DNA of 45,023 bases from Patescibacteria group bacterium (GCA_022703425.1 JAKLDQ010000004.1:1-45023); one strand, 5' to 3'. Counted from the stretch's first letter, positions 25,614-35,252 are shown. Notes: generated from the sequence alone by a model not told the origin. A program made the numbers and translations.

Positions 25614-26723
25614 GTATTTCAGTTTTGTACCCAGACCGTATTTTGAAAGCGGATTTTTTGCGCCTATCGTCTCAAAGTGAACGTGGCATCCGGTCGAGAT
25701 TCCTGCCCCAGCCATTCCCGGCTGTCCGCCCATTAAGGCAATTCTGTCCCCCGTATCAATAACATCTCCCGGGTTTACAAATATGGTTTGCAAATGGCCG
25801 TAATAGGTGACTACTCCGTTTGCGTGAAGAATAGTAACAGAATTTCCCCCTCCAAAGTTCCATCCGTATTTTACCCTTTGGACTGTTCCGGCTGCGGCGG
25901 CATGGATTGGCGTTCCGCACTTGTTGGCAAGGTCAACAGCGTTGTACCAGTGAACTCCCTGCGTAATCTGGCCTTCGGCAGGAATAATAAAGAAATTATC
26001 AGCCAAAGGAGTTTGCGACGGGCCAATTGGAGTGGATTTGCTCGGCATTGTTCCGCCTGGAACGATAAGAATATCTCCGATATAAATATCACCTTCGTTC
26101 GAAAGTCCGTTAAATGCAACTATGTCGTCTGCACTCGCTTTATATGTTTTTGCAATCTGAGTGATTGTGTCGCCCGATCTAACAACTCTGACAACGCCGG
26201 AAACAGGCAAAACAACAAGAGTCTGTCCAACCTTCACTTTTGAACCGCTGGATAGTTCATTTGCCCAAAGCAGCGTGTTTAGAGAAATATTAAAGCTCTG
26301 CGCAATGGATTGCAAAGTATCACCCGGCTGGACAATGTATTCAGAAATTTCATTTCTGCTCGCAGATCCGCTTCCAAACAAATCTCCTAAAACTCTCGTG
26401 GATAAGATGTTAGTTGTCGTAACTCCGCAGACGCAGTTATCCTGAACAAGCTTTAAATCAGGAGTTTCAAGAGCAAGCGTTTGTCCGGTACCAACAAATA
26501 AAGCATCTTTATTCAGATTTTCGCTATTGTTGAAAAATGAATTAAAAAAAACGGCGTCGCTCCTTTTTAGGATATTTAACGAGGAAAAATCGTGGGCGTT
26601 AAAGCAAATTGAAGCCAATAGAAAAAAAGCGCCAAATCCAAAGTAAAAAAGAGGATCATGAAATAACCCCTTTAAATTGGCATTTTTGCGCCTTTCTTTT
26701 ACAATCTTTCCCTTTTCTGTCAA
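25611..26723 (-). CDS. LysM-domain M23 family metallopeptidase
   Basis: N-terminal TM; two LysM repeats (YIVQPGDTLQSIA; VVRSGDTITQIA); M23 zinc motifs H..AVD, YYGHL, STGCHVHFE. Confidence 0.92.
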   Translation of the reverse strand: MTEKGKIVKERRKNANLKGLFHDPLFYFGFGAFFLLASICFNAHDFSSLNILKRSDAVFFNSFFNNSENLNKDALFVGTGQTLALETPDLKLVQDNCVCGVTTTNILSTRVLGDLFGSGSASRNEISEYIVQPGDTLQSIAQSFNISLNTLLWANELSSGSKVKVGQTLVVLPVSGVVRVVRSGDTITQIAKTYKASADDIVAFNGLSNEGDIYIGDILIVPGGTMPSKSTPIGPSQTPLADNFFIIPAEGQITQGVHWYNAVDLANKCGTPIHAAAAGTVQRVKYGWNFGGGNSVTILHANGVVTYYGHLQTIFVNPGDVIDTGDRIALMGGQPGMAGAGISTGCHVHFETIGAKNPLSKYGLGTKLKY

Positions 26724-26847
26724 TATTTTGTTTGTGTCAATTTTCTTTGTAATAGACGTGAATCCTTATTAAGATTTTTTGACAACTTATACCAAAGCTA
26801 TCATTTTATACCCTCGAGGTCAAGCAGTTATACACAGCGCCAGGTTG

Positions 26848-26856
26848 TGCTATAAT
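26848..26856 (+). promoter_or_regulatory. Extended -10 promoter of rsmA
   Basis: TGCTATAAT 8 bp upstream of the ATG. Confidence 0.55.
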
Positions 26857-26864
26857 TAGCAAAA

Positions 26865-27680
26865 ATGGATCTAACCTCCCCAAAAACAATAAAAGAAATC
26901 CTCCAAAAACACGATTTAAGGCCATCAAAAGGCTTCGGACAGAATTTTTTGATAGACAGGAACGTTCTAGACAAGATTATCAGAGAAGCCGGATTAAATA
27001 AAAATGAAACTGTTCTGGAAATTGGACCTGGAATTGGAACACTTACAAGCGAACTGGCGAAAAACGCAAAGCAGGTTATTGCAGTTGAAAAAGACAGAAA
27101 TATGTGCATCGTTCTGAAGAAAACACTGGAGGGGGCAGACAATATAACGGTGCTCAATGAAGACATCTTAAAATTTAATTTTAACTCCTTTCCAGATTAC
27201 AAAGTTGTTGCCAACATTCCTTATTATCTCACTTCGCCCTTAATCCGCCTTCTTTTGGAAAACAGCAATAAGCCAAAAGAAATTATCCTTATGATTCAGA
27301 AAGAAGTCGCGCAGAGAATCTGCGAAAAACCGCCAAAAATGTCTTTGCTTTCGGTTTCAGTCCAATTTTATGCAGATGCCAAAATTCTTTTTACCGTTTC
27401 AAAAAACTCTTTTTTGCCGGCGCCAAAAGTTGATTCTGCAGTAATAAAGATCACTCCTTTAAAACAAAACAAAGGCGTTTCTGCTGATATTTTCTTTAAA
27501 ACTGTAAAAGCCGGTTTTTCACATCCGAGAAAACAGCTTTTGGGCAATCTTTCTTCCGCCTTTGATATCGGCAAAGAAAAAACAGCCGGATGGCTGGCAA
27601 AAAATAATATAAACCCAAAACAAAGGGCTGAAACCTTGTCAGTCCAGGACTGGATTAATTTGTCAAAAAATCATGAATAA
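26865..27680 (+). CDS. rsmA: 16S rRNA adenine dimethyltransferase
   Basis: GQNFL, VLEIGPGIG, AVEKD, VVANIPYYLTSP, QKEVAQR, PKVDSAV. Confidence 0.97.
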   Translation: MDLTSPKTIKEILQKHDLRPSKGFGQNFLIDRNVLDKIIREAGLNKNETVLEIGPGIGTLTSELAKNAKQVIAVEKDRNMCIVLKKTLEGADNITVLNEDILKFNFNSFPDYKVVANIPYYLTSPLIRLLLENSNKPKEIILMIQKEVAQRICEKPPKMSLLSVSVQFYADAKILFTVSKNSFLPAPKVDSAVIKITPLKQNKGVSADIFFKTVKAGFSHPRKQLLGNLSSAFDIGKEKTAGWLAKNNINPKQRAETLSVQDWINLSKNHE

Positions 27681-28230
27681 TATTTTTGTAAATATTTTTG
27701 CAATAATAATTTTGCTTGCGTACGAAGCAATCACAATCCGCGAGAACTGCAAGGTGAAAAAGTATTTTCCAAAACTGCTTGAACTGCTGATGATATTTTT
27801 TTATATTTTTTATGCCGTGGCTTTTTTTCTTGCTGTCAAAAACATAAAAGATTTTATCCTTTCTCCCAAAATAGCCGAAATCAACCAGCCGATTTTTGTT
27901 TTTTTGGGAATAATTTTCTGCCTGGCTTCAATAATATTGTTTTCTTATTTAAGTTTCTTTGAAAAATCATTTCCAAGCTGTATGGCAATTCAGAATAAAA
28001 AAGAGTTGAAGGGAATTTACAAATATATCCGCCATCCTTCGTATTATGTTTTCTTTTTCTTTACTTTCGGCATAGCTTTTTGTCTGCAAAGCTTTTGGCT
28101 TCTTGTTTTGGCAATGGCAAACCACATCTTAATGTATTTTTATTACATGATAGAAGAGAGCCAGGCAAAAAACAACGAATATTACGCAAGTTATTTGAAG
28201 AAAACAAACAGGTTTTTCCCAAAGTTTTGA
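27673..28230 (+). CDS. Isoprenylcysteine carboxyl methyltransferase/PEMT family membrane protein
   Basis: Multiple TMs; GIYKYIRHPSY motif; IEE...EYYASYLKKTNRFFP C-terminus. Confidence 0.8.
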   Translation: MNNIFVNIFAIIILLAYEAITIRENCKVKKYFPKLLELLMIFFYIFYAVAFFLAVKNIKDFILSPKIAEINQPIFVFLGIIFCLASIILFSYLSFFEKSFPSCMAIQNKKELKGIYKYIRHPSYYVFFFFTFGIAFCLQSFWLLVLAMANHILMYFYYMIEESQAKNNEYYASYLKKTNRFFPKF

Positions 28231-28260
28231 TTTCTCCACATATTTGACTTTTTTATATTG

Positions 28261-28269
28261 TGGTATAAT
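28261..28269 (+). promoter_or_regulatory. Extended -10 promoter of the VirB6-like gene
   Basis: TGGTATAAT (perfect TGnTATAAT) 18 bp before ATG 28288. Confidence 0.6.
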
Positions 28270-28287
28270 TATGTAACATTTTTATTT

Positions 28288-30462
28288 ATGCTTGGAAAAA
28301 TATCACAATTTTCAGACGAGCTTTTCATTAAGTTGTACATTTTAAAAAGCTCTGTTTTAGGTTCCAGAATAAAAAAGAAGGAAAGAGGGGCGCTTGTTAC
28401 CGGCCTTGTGATTGGGGGAGCCATTCTTGCAAGCACACTTATAGGAGGATTATGGATGTCATCGAAAGTTGAAACGGCAAAAGAAGGTTTTTTCGCCGAT
28501 CTAACAAGGGGAATCGGATTATTTCTTCTTGCCGTAGCCGACACGGTTTTTCAGGCCGCCGCAACTCTATTATCCTATGTAATCGGACCTTCTTTTACAG
28601 ACCAGGCAATTACAAAAAATCCTGTTTATTTTAGAGTGTGGGGCACAGTAAGGGATCTGTCCAACATGTTGATTGTATTAAGTTTTGTGGTTATTGGAAT
28701 TGCCACAACTTTAAGAGTGCGCGAATACGAGGCAAAAAAACTTCTTGCTCCATTAATAATCCTCGCTCTTCTAATTAACTTCTCAAGCCTGTTCTGTGGT
28801 TTAATAATTGATGCGTCCAACATAGCAATGCGCGATCTGCTCGGAGGCGGTTCTGCAAGCGGATCAATCACCGCAATCAGAGAAGCAATAACCACGTACT
28901 CGAAACTCGAGATGACCGGTAACAATATTAGCCCAAGCACGGGAACCAGCGAACCGCTTTCAAATCCGGGGGAATTTTTGGCAAAATGCGCAGGATTAGC
29001 CCTTTTTCTTTTGATAGCAGCTTACACATTCGGCGTAATGGCAATATTACTCCTTGCAAGATATGCTGTTTTAGCTGTTTTGTTTATACTTTCACCTTTG
29101 GCATTTTTCTGTTTTGTATTCCCGCCCACAAAAAAGGTTTGGAATACATGGTGGGAGCATTTTATTAAATGGTCTTTTATGGGAGTGATTTCCGCTTTCT
29201 TTATTTCGCTTGCCGTGAGCGTGCTTGCTGCCGCAAGTGCGACCGGCACTCCTTTAGACTTTAACACATTCTGCGTTGTATTTATCTTTTTAATTGTCGG
29301 CTACAAGATGACCAAATCAGGAAGCGCCATCGGAGCGACCGCCGTGTTAGGTCTTGCAGCCACCGCCGGAAGCTACGCTCTTGGCGGAGTAGGAGTTGCA
29401 GCAAGAGCTACTGGCTTAAAAAACCTGGCAAAGAGCGCAGGAGAGGGAGCACAAAATACGCTGTCATCGGCGGGAGAAAAAATCGGATTGGTTGCTCCTG
29501 GAACTACCGCAGCAAATAGAAAGAGTCGGCTTGATGAATCAAAGAAGCGCCTTGCAAGCATTGAAAGCAACGAAGAATTGGCAAAGATTGCAGAACAGAG
29601 GCCAGTTACAAGACAAAAAGCTTTGGATAAAGCTGCTGCAGCAGAGATGCTTGCAGAAAGAAAAGCATTTGGGAAGGTTTCTGCAGACAAGAGAGAAGCC
29701 GTTGCTGCGCACGCTTCGGCATACGGGGTTTCAAAAGATGTGTTTACAAAAGAAAGACCAGAGACATTTACAGATACATCTCGGCAGGAAGCTATAAACC
29801 ATGTACGAACGCAAAGGGCACAAAACATGGTACAGAACCTTGGGATGTCCCCCGAAACCGCTTTTGCAGGAGTATCAACATACCCTCCAAACGACAATGA
29901 GATTCGCCGAGCACAGAGCGATTTATCACAAAGAAAAACCACTGACGCGAGGCTTGGCCTTGCGCCGGTAACAGAGAAGGATGTAAAGAACAAACTCATA
30001 GAGGATAGGAGCAGATCATTAATTGAAAATGCACGGAGATCAGGAAGGACAATGACAACGCAAGAAGCGTTGAAATTAAGCAGTGATTACAAGCCGACCA
30101 AAGCAGAAATGATGTTCGGAAGAGAAGAACTTTCAAATGATAGAAGAGCAAACGCAGTAAGAAAATTGTCTGCCGCTAAACAGGCAGAACTTTCGGCTGA
30201 AACACTCGATGATATTCACGTTTTTGGAGCAATCGACTTTACAAACGCAAGGGTAGTTGAAGAATTTAGAAAGGCGCCCCCGAAAACACAGGAAAGAATT
30301 AGAAGTTGGGCCCATGCGCCGTCTACACCCGATCCAAACAGCCAATTTGACAGGCTAAACAGGACAATTGCTGAACTGAATGCAACAGGAAGACCGGAGG
30401 ATGCAGCGAGAGCAACAAGACTTATGAATAATCAAATTTATATTCATACTAACTTCCCATAA
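28288..30462 (+). CDS. TrbL/VirB6-like multi-TM T4SS component with a long C-terminal soluble tail
   Basis: WGTVRDLSNML...GIATTLR, ALLINFS..FCGLIID.SN, R.AVL..LFILSPLAFFC.VFP.TKK.W..WW motifs; ATG 28288 chosen because the ORF-track TTG at 28258 overlaps the promoter. Confidence 0.7.
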   Translation: MLGKISQFSDELFIKLYILKSSVLGSRIKKKERGALVTGLVIGGAILASTLIGGLWMSSKVETAKEGFFADLTRGIGLFLLAVADTVFQAAATLLSYVIGPSFTDQAITKNPVYFRVWGTVRDLSNMLIVLSFVVIGIATTLRVREYEAKKLLAPLIILALLINFSSLFCGLIIDASNIAMRDLLGGGSASGSITAIREAITTYSKLEMTGNNISPSTGTSEPLSNPGEFLAKCAGLALFLLIAAYTFGVMAILLLARYAVLAVLFILSPLAFFCFVFPPTKKVWNTWWEHFIKWSFMGVISAFFISLAVSVLAAASATGTPLDFNTFCVVFIFLIVGYKMTKSGSAIGATAVLGLAATAGSYALGGVGVAARATGLKNLAKSAGEGAQNTLSSAGEKIGLVAPGTTAANRKSRLDESKKRLASIESNEELAKIAEQRPVTRQKALDKAAAAEMLAERKAFGKVSADKREAVAAHASAYGVSKDVFTKERPETFTDTSRQEAINHVRTQRAQNMVQNLGMSPETAFAGVSTYPPNDNEIRRAQSDLSQRKTTDARLGLAPVTEKDVKNKLIEDRSRSLIENARRSGRTMTTQEALKLSSDYKPTKAEMMFGREELSNDRRANAVRKLSAAKQAELSAETLDDIHVFGAIDFTNARVVEEFRKAPPKTQERIRSWAHAPSTPDPNSQFDRLNRTIAELNATGRPEDAARATRLMNNQIYIHTNFP

Positions 30463-30463
30463 A

Positions 30464-30940
30464 ATGGAAAAAGTTATTTTTTCGGATGATATTATAAAAA
30501 TCCTCAACGAAATAATGGAAAGAAACGGAATAACCGAAACTCCTCTGCAGGCACATGAAAAAATAGCAAAAGGAGAAGATCCAATAGTTTCAATTTTAGC
30601 TGGTTTATCCAGGGATATTTATTCCGGGAAAATCACGGAATCAGATTCTATAATTTTTTTAACTAAAAAAATCCCAACTTCCGAGGACACATCAAAAAAA
30701 ATAATTGCCACAATTAAAGATTCCGTTATTCCATCCATGAAAACCATTTCTGAAACCCCTTCAGAAAACAATATACCAAATACGAAAAACAAAAACATAA
30801 AATATCCCTTAACAGAGAGGCCAAAGAAAAAAAATACCGATAGCAAAGATAAAATAACTGTAAATAAAACAATTTCCGATGTGCCAATGCAAAAAACGAG
30901 AAAGAAAGATACGGATATTTATAGGGAGCCTATCAGTTAA
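30464..30940 (+). CDS. Hypothetical protein coupled to the VirB6-like gene
   Basis: Starts 1 bp after the upstream stop; K/T/S-rich tail ending DIYREPIS. Confidence 0.7.
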   Translation: MEKVIFSDDIIKILNEIMERNGITETPLQAHEKIAKGEDPIVSILAGLSRDIYSGKITESDSIIFLTKKIPTSEDTSKKIIATIKDSVIPSMKTISETPSENNIPNTKNKNIKYPLTERPKKKNTDSKDKITVNKTISDVPMQKTRKKDTDIYREPIS

Positions 30941-30949
30941 AAAAAAATC

Positions 30950-30976
30950 GGCCGACAGAATTTCTGTCGGCCTTTT
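30950..30976. terminator. Terminator palindrome between convergent genes, 1-nt centre
   Basis: GGCCGACAGAA-T-TTCTGTCGGCC-TTTT with an A-tract upstream. Confidence 0.8.
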
Positions 30977-30978
30977 AA

Positions 30979-32127
30979 CTAGTCCTCGAAAGGAGGCAAT
31001 CCTTGTTTTATCCTCTCGTGGGCTTTTTTCATCTCCTCCGGAGTACGGTTTTCGGCAGGGTTTTTCCTTTCCTTCTTTGATTCACTTTTAGCAGGTGTAG
31101 ATCCGCCTTCGCGAAGCCTTTCGCTTAGAAGGGCTATTATATCCATGCCTCCTTGCGCACCCGAGAAGTAATACTGACGCACCGCGCCGGCATTTAGCCC
31201 CATGCTCCGAACCACGAAGTCCTGATTTAACTTAATCAGGCTCTCGTACTTTTTCAGCGCGGCGTCGGGATCTTTTTTAAACTCCCGCTTGATAGTCTTC
31301 AGACTTGTACCCGTCTGATCGGCAATCATTTCCATGACAGCCCCGCTTGTGCTTCCCACAAGTTCGGAACGTCGGCGCTTTGCCTCCTGCTCGCCCCGGA
31401 AAGTTTTTGTTGTGTCTTCCCGGTATTTGGCATCTGGACTGATGTCAACACATTCCGTCGCCTCGATTGTAAGGCCATGCATGCCATTGAGCGCTTTGAA
31501 AATACCCTCTCCTCTGAGAGTTTCCTCTACAAGCTTGTCGAGCCTGATGTCCGGCTTTGCAATAATATTCTCATAGGTGTGTTGACCGACGTGGTGTCGG
31601 ATATAGGGTTTGGTTCTGTCGCGAAACGAAGTAAACCAGTCTTGCGTGTCCAGCCAGGCTTTTCTTAGATTCGATGTCCATGCCGTAAAGCTCCACAGAG
31701 AGTGCACTGGCACCCCGTTAACGTCCTCGGCATCGTCTGATTTGATGCCATAAGTATAGAACCGGATCAAAAAGCGATAGAGATTGAAGTCTTCTCTGTC
31801 TTCGAGTTCTTTTTGGCCGGGAGCCGTTTTTGTCCAGTGAAACTCGCGTTTCACAAAGAGCCGAAAATACGGCCACAAACCAACCCATCTCCATCCGCCG
31901 AACGGATGCCATTCATATCCTCGGACAATATCTCCTTCGGGTTCGTTTACGCGGTGATCTTGTTTACAGATCAGCGTCTTGTAATAAGCGCCGTTCTTTA
32001 GAGCGATTGCACCTGTTCCTTCTTCGAGAAAAATCCCGCAGATAAAGATCAGGTAATAAAGGATAAGCACGGGAAGAATTCCCGTATATGTCAGAAACCA
32101 GAGAAAGCTCAGAAGCCATGCCAACAT
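30979..32127 (-). CDS. Membrane-anchored protein with a possible divergent SPFH/Band-7 domain
   Basis: N-terminal TM; AEDVNGVPV...PYIRHHVG...GLTIEATECVDISPD followed by a helical EQEAKRRR segment resembles SPFH plus coiled coil; SD AAGGAG 7 nt upstream; visibly higher GC. Confidence 0.55.
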   Translation of the reverse strand: MLAWLLSFLWFLTYTGILPVLILYYLIFICGIFLEEGTGAIALKNGAYYKTLICKQDHRVNEPEGDIVRGYEWHPFGGWRWVGLWPYFRLFVKREFHWTKTAPGQKELEDREDFNLYRFLIRFYTYGIKSDDAEDVNGVPVHSLWSFTAWTSNLRKAWLDTQDWFTSFRDRTKPYIRHHVGQHTYENIIAKPDIRLDKLVEETLRGEGIFKALNGMHGLTIEATECVDISPDAKYREDTTKTFRGEQEAKRRRSELVGSTSGAVMEMIADQTGTSLKTIKREFKKDPDAALKKYESLIKLNQDFVVRSMGLNAGAVRQYYFSGAQGGMDIIALLSERLREGGSTPAKSESKKERKNPAENRTPEEMKKAHERIKQGLPPFED

Positions 32128-32304
32128 ATCTTTTCTCCTTCTGTCATTATGACCCCGCCAAGCGGGTTTTTAGTGTGCTGTTCTTGCCTCAAACAAAATG
32201 GGGCATTATGGTTAATTATATCATATATTCTATTCCTTGTCAAGTCTATTCTCCCCCCCGCACGAAAGTGTTGATAACTTGCATTGTTTGTGCGATTTTT
32301 TATG

Positions 32305-32313
32305 TGGTATAAT
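32305..32313 (+). promoter_or_regulatory. Extended -10 promoter of the prgI-virB4-pilin operon
   Basis: TGGTATAAT 22 bp before the prgI ATG. Confidence 0.6.
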
Positions 32314-32335
32314 TACATAATTTATATTCAAAAAT

Positions 32336-32743
32336 ATGGAACGCTATCCAATCCCCCAATTTATTGAGCAAGAGGGAAGAATTGCTTTCTTTATTTCTTT
32401 CAGGCAGTTTTTTTATTTGGTGGGAGCAGGAGCAATATCTTTCATTCTTTTTTTTGTTCTTCCAATTTACCTTTTCATAATGGCTTTCCTTCTATTGATG
32501 GGAAGCGCTGTTGTTTTGGGATTTGTAACGGTAAACGGAATGCCAATCGGGAACATGCTTCTTTCCTCAATCGGATTTATGACTGGAAGCAAAAATTACA
32601 CATGGAAGAAGAAAGAATCTCCATATCCTTTTACGCCGGTAAAGCGCGTTGAAATTAAAAAAATTGAGGAGGGAGCCCCCATTCGTGCGCAGGAAAGCAA
32701 ACTTAGAAAAATTAGAACTGACGTCGAGTTAAAAACAAAATAG
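32336..32743 (+). CDS. PrgI family (VirB3-like) protein
   Basis: PQFIEQEGRIAF.ISFRQF.YL, two TM helices, conserved Y.WKK; typical position upstream of VirB4. Confidence 0.85.
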   Translation: MERYPIPQFIEQEGRIAFFISFRQFFYLVGAGAISFILFFVLPIYLFIMAFLLLMGSAVVLGFVTVNGMPIGNMLLSSIGFMTGSKNYTWKKKESPYPFTPVKRVEIKKIEEGAPIRAQESKLRKIRTDVELKTK

Positions 32744-32745
32744 CA

Positions 32746-33414
32746 ATGGCAACAGAATCGGCAACACAAGCTTTTCTGGAAATTAAGGATATACGCGAAG
32801 GAATGTTACTGCTGAAGAATAATTCTATCAGGGGCGTTTTGATGGTCTCGTCTTTAAATTTTGCTTTAAAATCAGATGAAGAACAGACTGCAATAATTTA
32901 CGCGTTTCAAAGTTTTTTAAATTCGCTGGATTTTTCGTGCCAGATTGTAATCCAGTCACGGAATATAAACATAACTCCTTATCTGGACACAATCAAAGAC
33001 CTTGAGGAAAGACAAACAAACGAGCTGATGAAACAGCAAACGATCGCATACAGGGAATTTATAAAAAATCTCGTTGTGGGAGATATGGTAATGACAAAAA
33101 ACTTTTACGTTGTTGTTCCTTACACATTAATGGAGGTTTTGGGAATGAAAGCGACTGCCGCAAAACAGTTCAGTTTTTTAGGGCAGGGAAATAATCAAAA
33201 TTCCGGCCAGGAGATGAAAGATGACGAGTTTGAAAGATGCAAAACACAACTTTGGCAGAGGATGGAGTTTTTGGCAATGGGATTAAAAAGATGCGGGCTG
33301 GAAGCTGTTCCGCTGACCACCCCCGAGTTAATAGAATTGTTCTGGGCAATCCACCACCCAGATCAGGCGGAAATCGGATACTATCCGGAAATTTTGCCTG
33401 AATTATTAAAATAA
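32746..33414 (+). CDS. TraC-like T4SS accessory protein (resembles the VirB4 N-terminal region)
   Basis: SSLNFALKSDEEQ.AII..FQSFLNSLDF..QI.IQSR and KNFYVVVPY motifs; lies between prgI and the ATPase. Confidence 0.7.
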   Translation: MATESATQAFLEIKDIREGMLLLKNNSIRGVLMVSSLNFALKSDEEQTAIIYAFQSFLNSLDFSCQIVIQSRNINITPYLDTIKDLEERQTNELMKQQTIAYREFIKNLVVGDMVMTKNFYVVVPYTLMEVLGMKATAAKQFSFLGQGNNQNSGQEMKDDEFERCKTQLWQRMEFLAMGLKRCGLEAVPLTTPELIELFWAIHHPDQAEIGYYPEILPELLK

Positions 33415-35243
33415 TGGAAATTCCTTTTTTTGACAAATTTTTAGGGGGGAAAAAAGATCTCACAGAAGATAAGATTTTTGAAGAAGAGCGTTTTGACGTG
33501 CGCGACATTATTGCTCCTCCGTATATCGGGGTATTGCAGGACCATCTTAAAATCGGAGAAAGGCTGGCAAAATCTTTCTTTGTTTTTTCATATCCGAGAT
33601 ATTTAAATACCGGATGGTTTTCTCCGATTATTGATTTAAACACCCCTGTTGATATTTCCTTTTTTATACATCCGATTGAGAGCGAACTGATTTTAAAAAA
33701 GCTTAGAAAAAAAGTTACCGAGGTTTCATCTGAAATTTTGGAGAGGGAGGAAAAGGGACTTATTAGAGATCCTTCGCTTGAAACGGCCTACCGTGATATT
33801 GAAAATCTGAGAGACAAGCTGATGACAGCCCAGGAAAAAATGTTCAGGTTCGGCCTTTACATCACAATATATGAGAACACAGAAAAAGAACTTCGTGATA
33901 CGGAACTGACATTAAGGTCAATCTTTGAATCACGGCTTATTTATATCAAACCTGCTTTATTCCGGCAAAAAGAAGGATTTATTTCGTGCAACCCTTACGG
34001 AATGGATATGCTGGAGGTGCATACGCCAATGGATACAGAACCTCTTTCCACTGCATTTCCTTTTATTTCTTTTGACTTAAGTTCAAATGAGGGAATTTTA
34101 TACGGCATGAACAGGCACAACAATTCGCTTGTTTTGTTTGACAGATTCAGTCTTGAAAATGCAAACTTGGTTTGTTTTGCAAAATCAGGATCCGGAAAAT
34201 CATATGCCATTAAACTTGAAATTTTGAGATATCTGATGCAGGGTGTCGATGTGATTATCATCGACCCGGAAAATGAATATGAAATGTTGGCTGACGGAAT
34301 CGGCGGTTCTTTCTTTAAAATTTCTCTTACATCGCCAAACCATGTAAACCCGTTTGACCTGCCCATTCCTGGCCCCGATGACAGCCCCGACGATGTTTTA
34401 AGGTCAAACGTTATCAACCTCGTCGGACTGCTAAGAATTATGCTTGGCGGTTTGACCCCGGAAGAAGACAGTATTTTAGACGAGGCGCTAACCCAAACAT
34501 ATGCGATAAGAGATATCACTCCGCAATCTGATCCGCAGACCTGGCAAAACAACACTCCTTTAATGTCTGATTTTGAAGAAATTTTAGAGAGCATGCAGGG
34601 AACTGAATCTTTGGTAAAAAGAATCAAAAAATTTACAAAAGGCACGTTTTCTGACTTTTTTAACCAGCAGTCAAACGTTGCCATAGACAAGCACTTGGTC
34701 GTTTTTGGAATCAGAGACATGGAAGAGTCGCTAAGACCGATAGCACTGTACATCATAATGCGTTATGTATGGAACATTGTTAGAACAAAACTAAAGAAAA
34801 GAATTCTTGTTATTGACGAGGCGTGGTGGCTGATGCAGTCTGAAGACGGCGCCTCTTTTCTGTTTGGGCTTGTAAAAAGGGGAAGGAAATACTGGCTGGG
34901 AGTAACAACAATCACACAGGATGTTGAGGATTTTATGCGGTCTGATTATGGCAAAGCGATTGTGACGAACTCTTCTCTCCAGCTGTTAATGAAACAGTCG
35001 ACCGCAACAATCGATATCGTCCAAAAGACATTTAACCTTACTGAACAGGAAAAATATCTTCTTTTGGAAGCCGCCGTAGGAGAGGGCCTTTTCTTTGCAG
35101 GCAAAAAACACGTGGCAATCAGCGTTATCGCAAGCCAGACTGAAGACCAAATGATAACAACATCTCCTGAAGAAGTCCTTCGGCTGAAAGAAGCAAAGAA
35201 GAACATTGGAAGGCGGCCGGAATTGGAACAGCAACAAGAATAG
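33414..35243 (+). CDS. virB4: VirB4-like T4SS ATPase
   Basis: Walker A AKSGSGKS, IIDPENEY, VNPFD, Walker B ILVIDEAW, KRGRKY, ITQDVEDF. Confidence 0.88.
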   Translation: MEIPFFDKFLGGKKDLTEDKIFEEERFDVRDIIAPPYIGVLQDHLKIGERLAKSFFVFSYPRYLNTGWFSPIIDLNTPVDISFFIHPIESELILKKLRKKVTEVSSEILEREEKGLIRDPSLETAYRDIENLRDKLMTAQEKMFRFGLYITIYENTEKELRDTELTLRSIFESRLIYIKPALFRQKEGFISCNPYGMDMLEVHTPMDTEPLSTAFPFISFDLSSNEGILYGMNRHNNSLVLFDRFSLENANLVCFAKSGSGKSYAIKLEILRYLMQGVDVIIIDPENEYEMLADGIGGSFFKISLTSPNHVNPFDLPIPGPDDSPDDVLRSNVINLVGLLRIMLGGLTPEEDSILDEALTQTYAIRDITPQSDPQTWQNNTPLMSDFEEILESMQGTESLVKRIKKFTKGTFSDFFNQQSNVAIDKHLVVFGIRDMEESLRPIALYIIMRYVWNIVRTKLKKRILVIDEAWWLMQSEDGASFLFGLVKRGRKYWLGVTTITQDVEDFMRSDYGKAIVTNSSLQLLMKQSTATIDIVQKTFNLTEQEKYLLLEAAVGEGLFFAGKKHVAISVIASQTEDQMITTSPEEVLRLKEAKKNIGRRPELEQQQE

Positions 35244-35252
35244 TTTTAATTA

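Noticed and set aside
26828-26836. Isolated DnaA box TTATACACA near the rsmA promoter
   Set aside because: A single 9-mer match is expected by chance in 45 kb of AT-rich DNA and there is no cluster.
29373-29999. 208-aa minus-strand ORF
   Set aside because: Lies wholly antisense within the VirB6-like gene and has no recognisable motifs.
28259-32315. Shared TGTGGTATAATTA upstream of both T4SS units as a dedicated regulator site
   Set aside because: Nearly the same string (TGTGCTATAATTA) precedes rsmA, so it is best explained as the housekeeping extended -10 promoter.
33995-34756. 253-aa minus-strand ORF
   Set aside because: Antisense shadow of virB4 with no independent signals. The other short overlapping ORFs in the track were rejected for the same reason.
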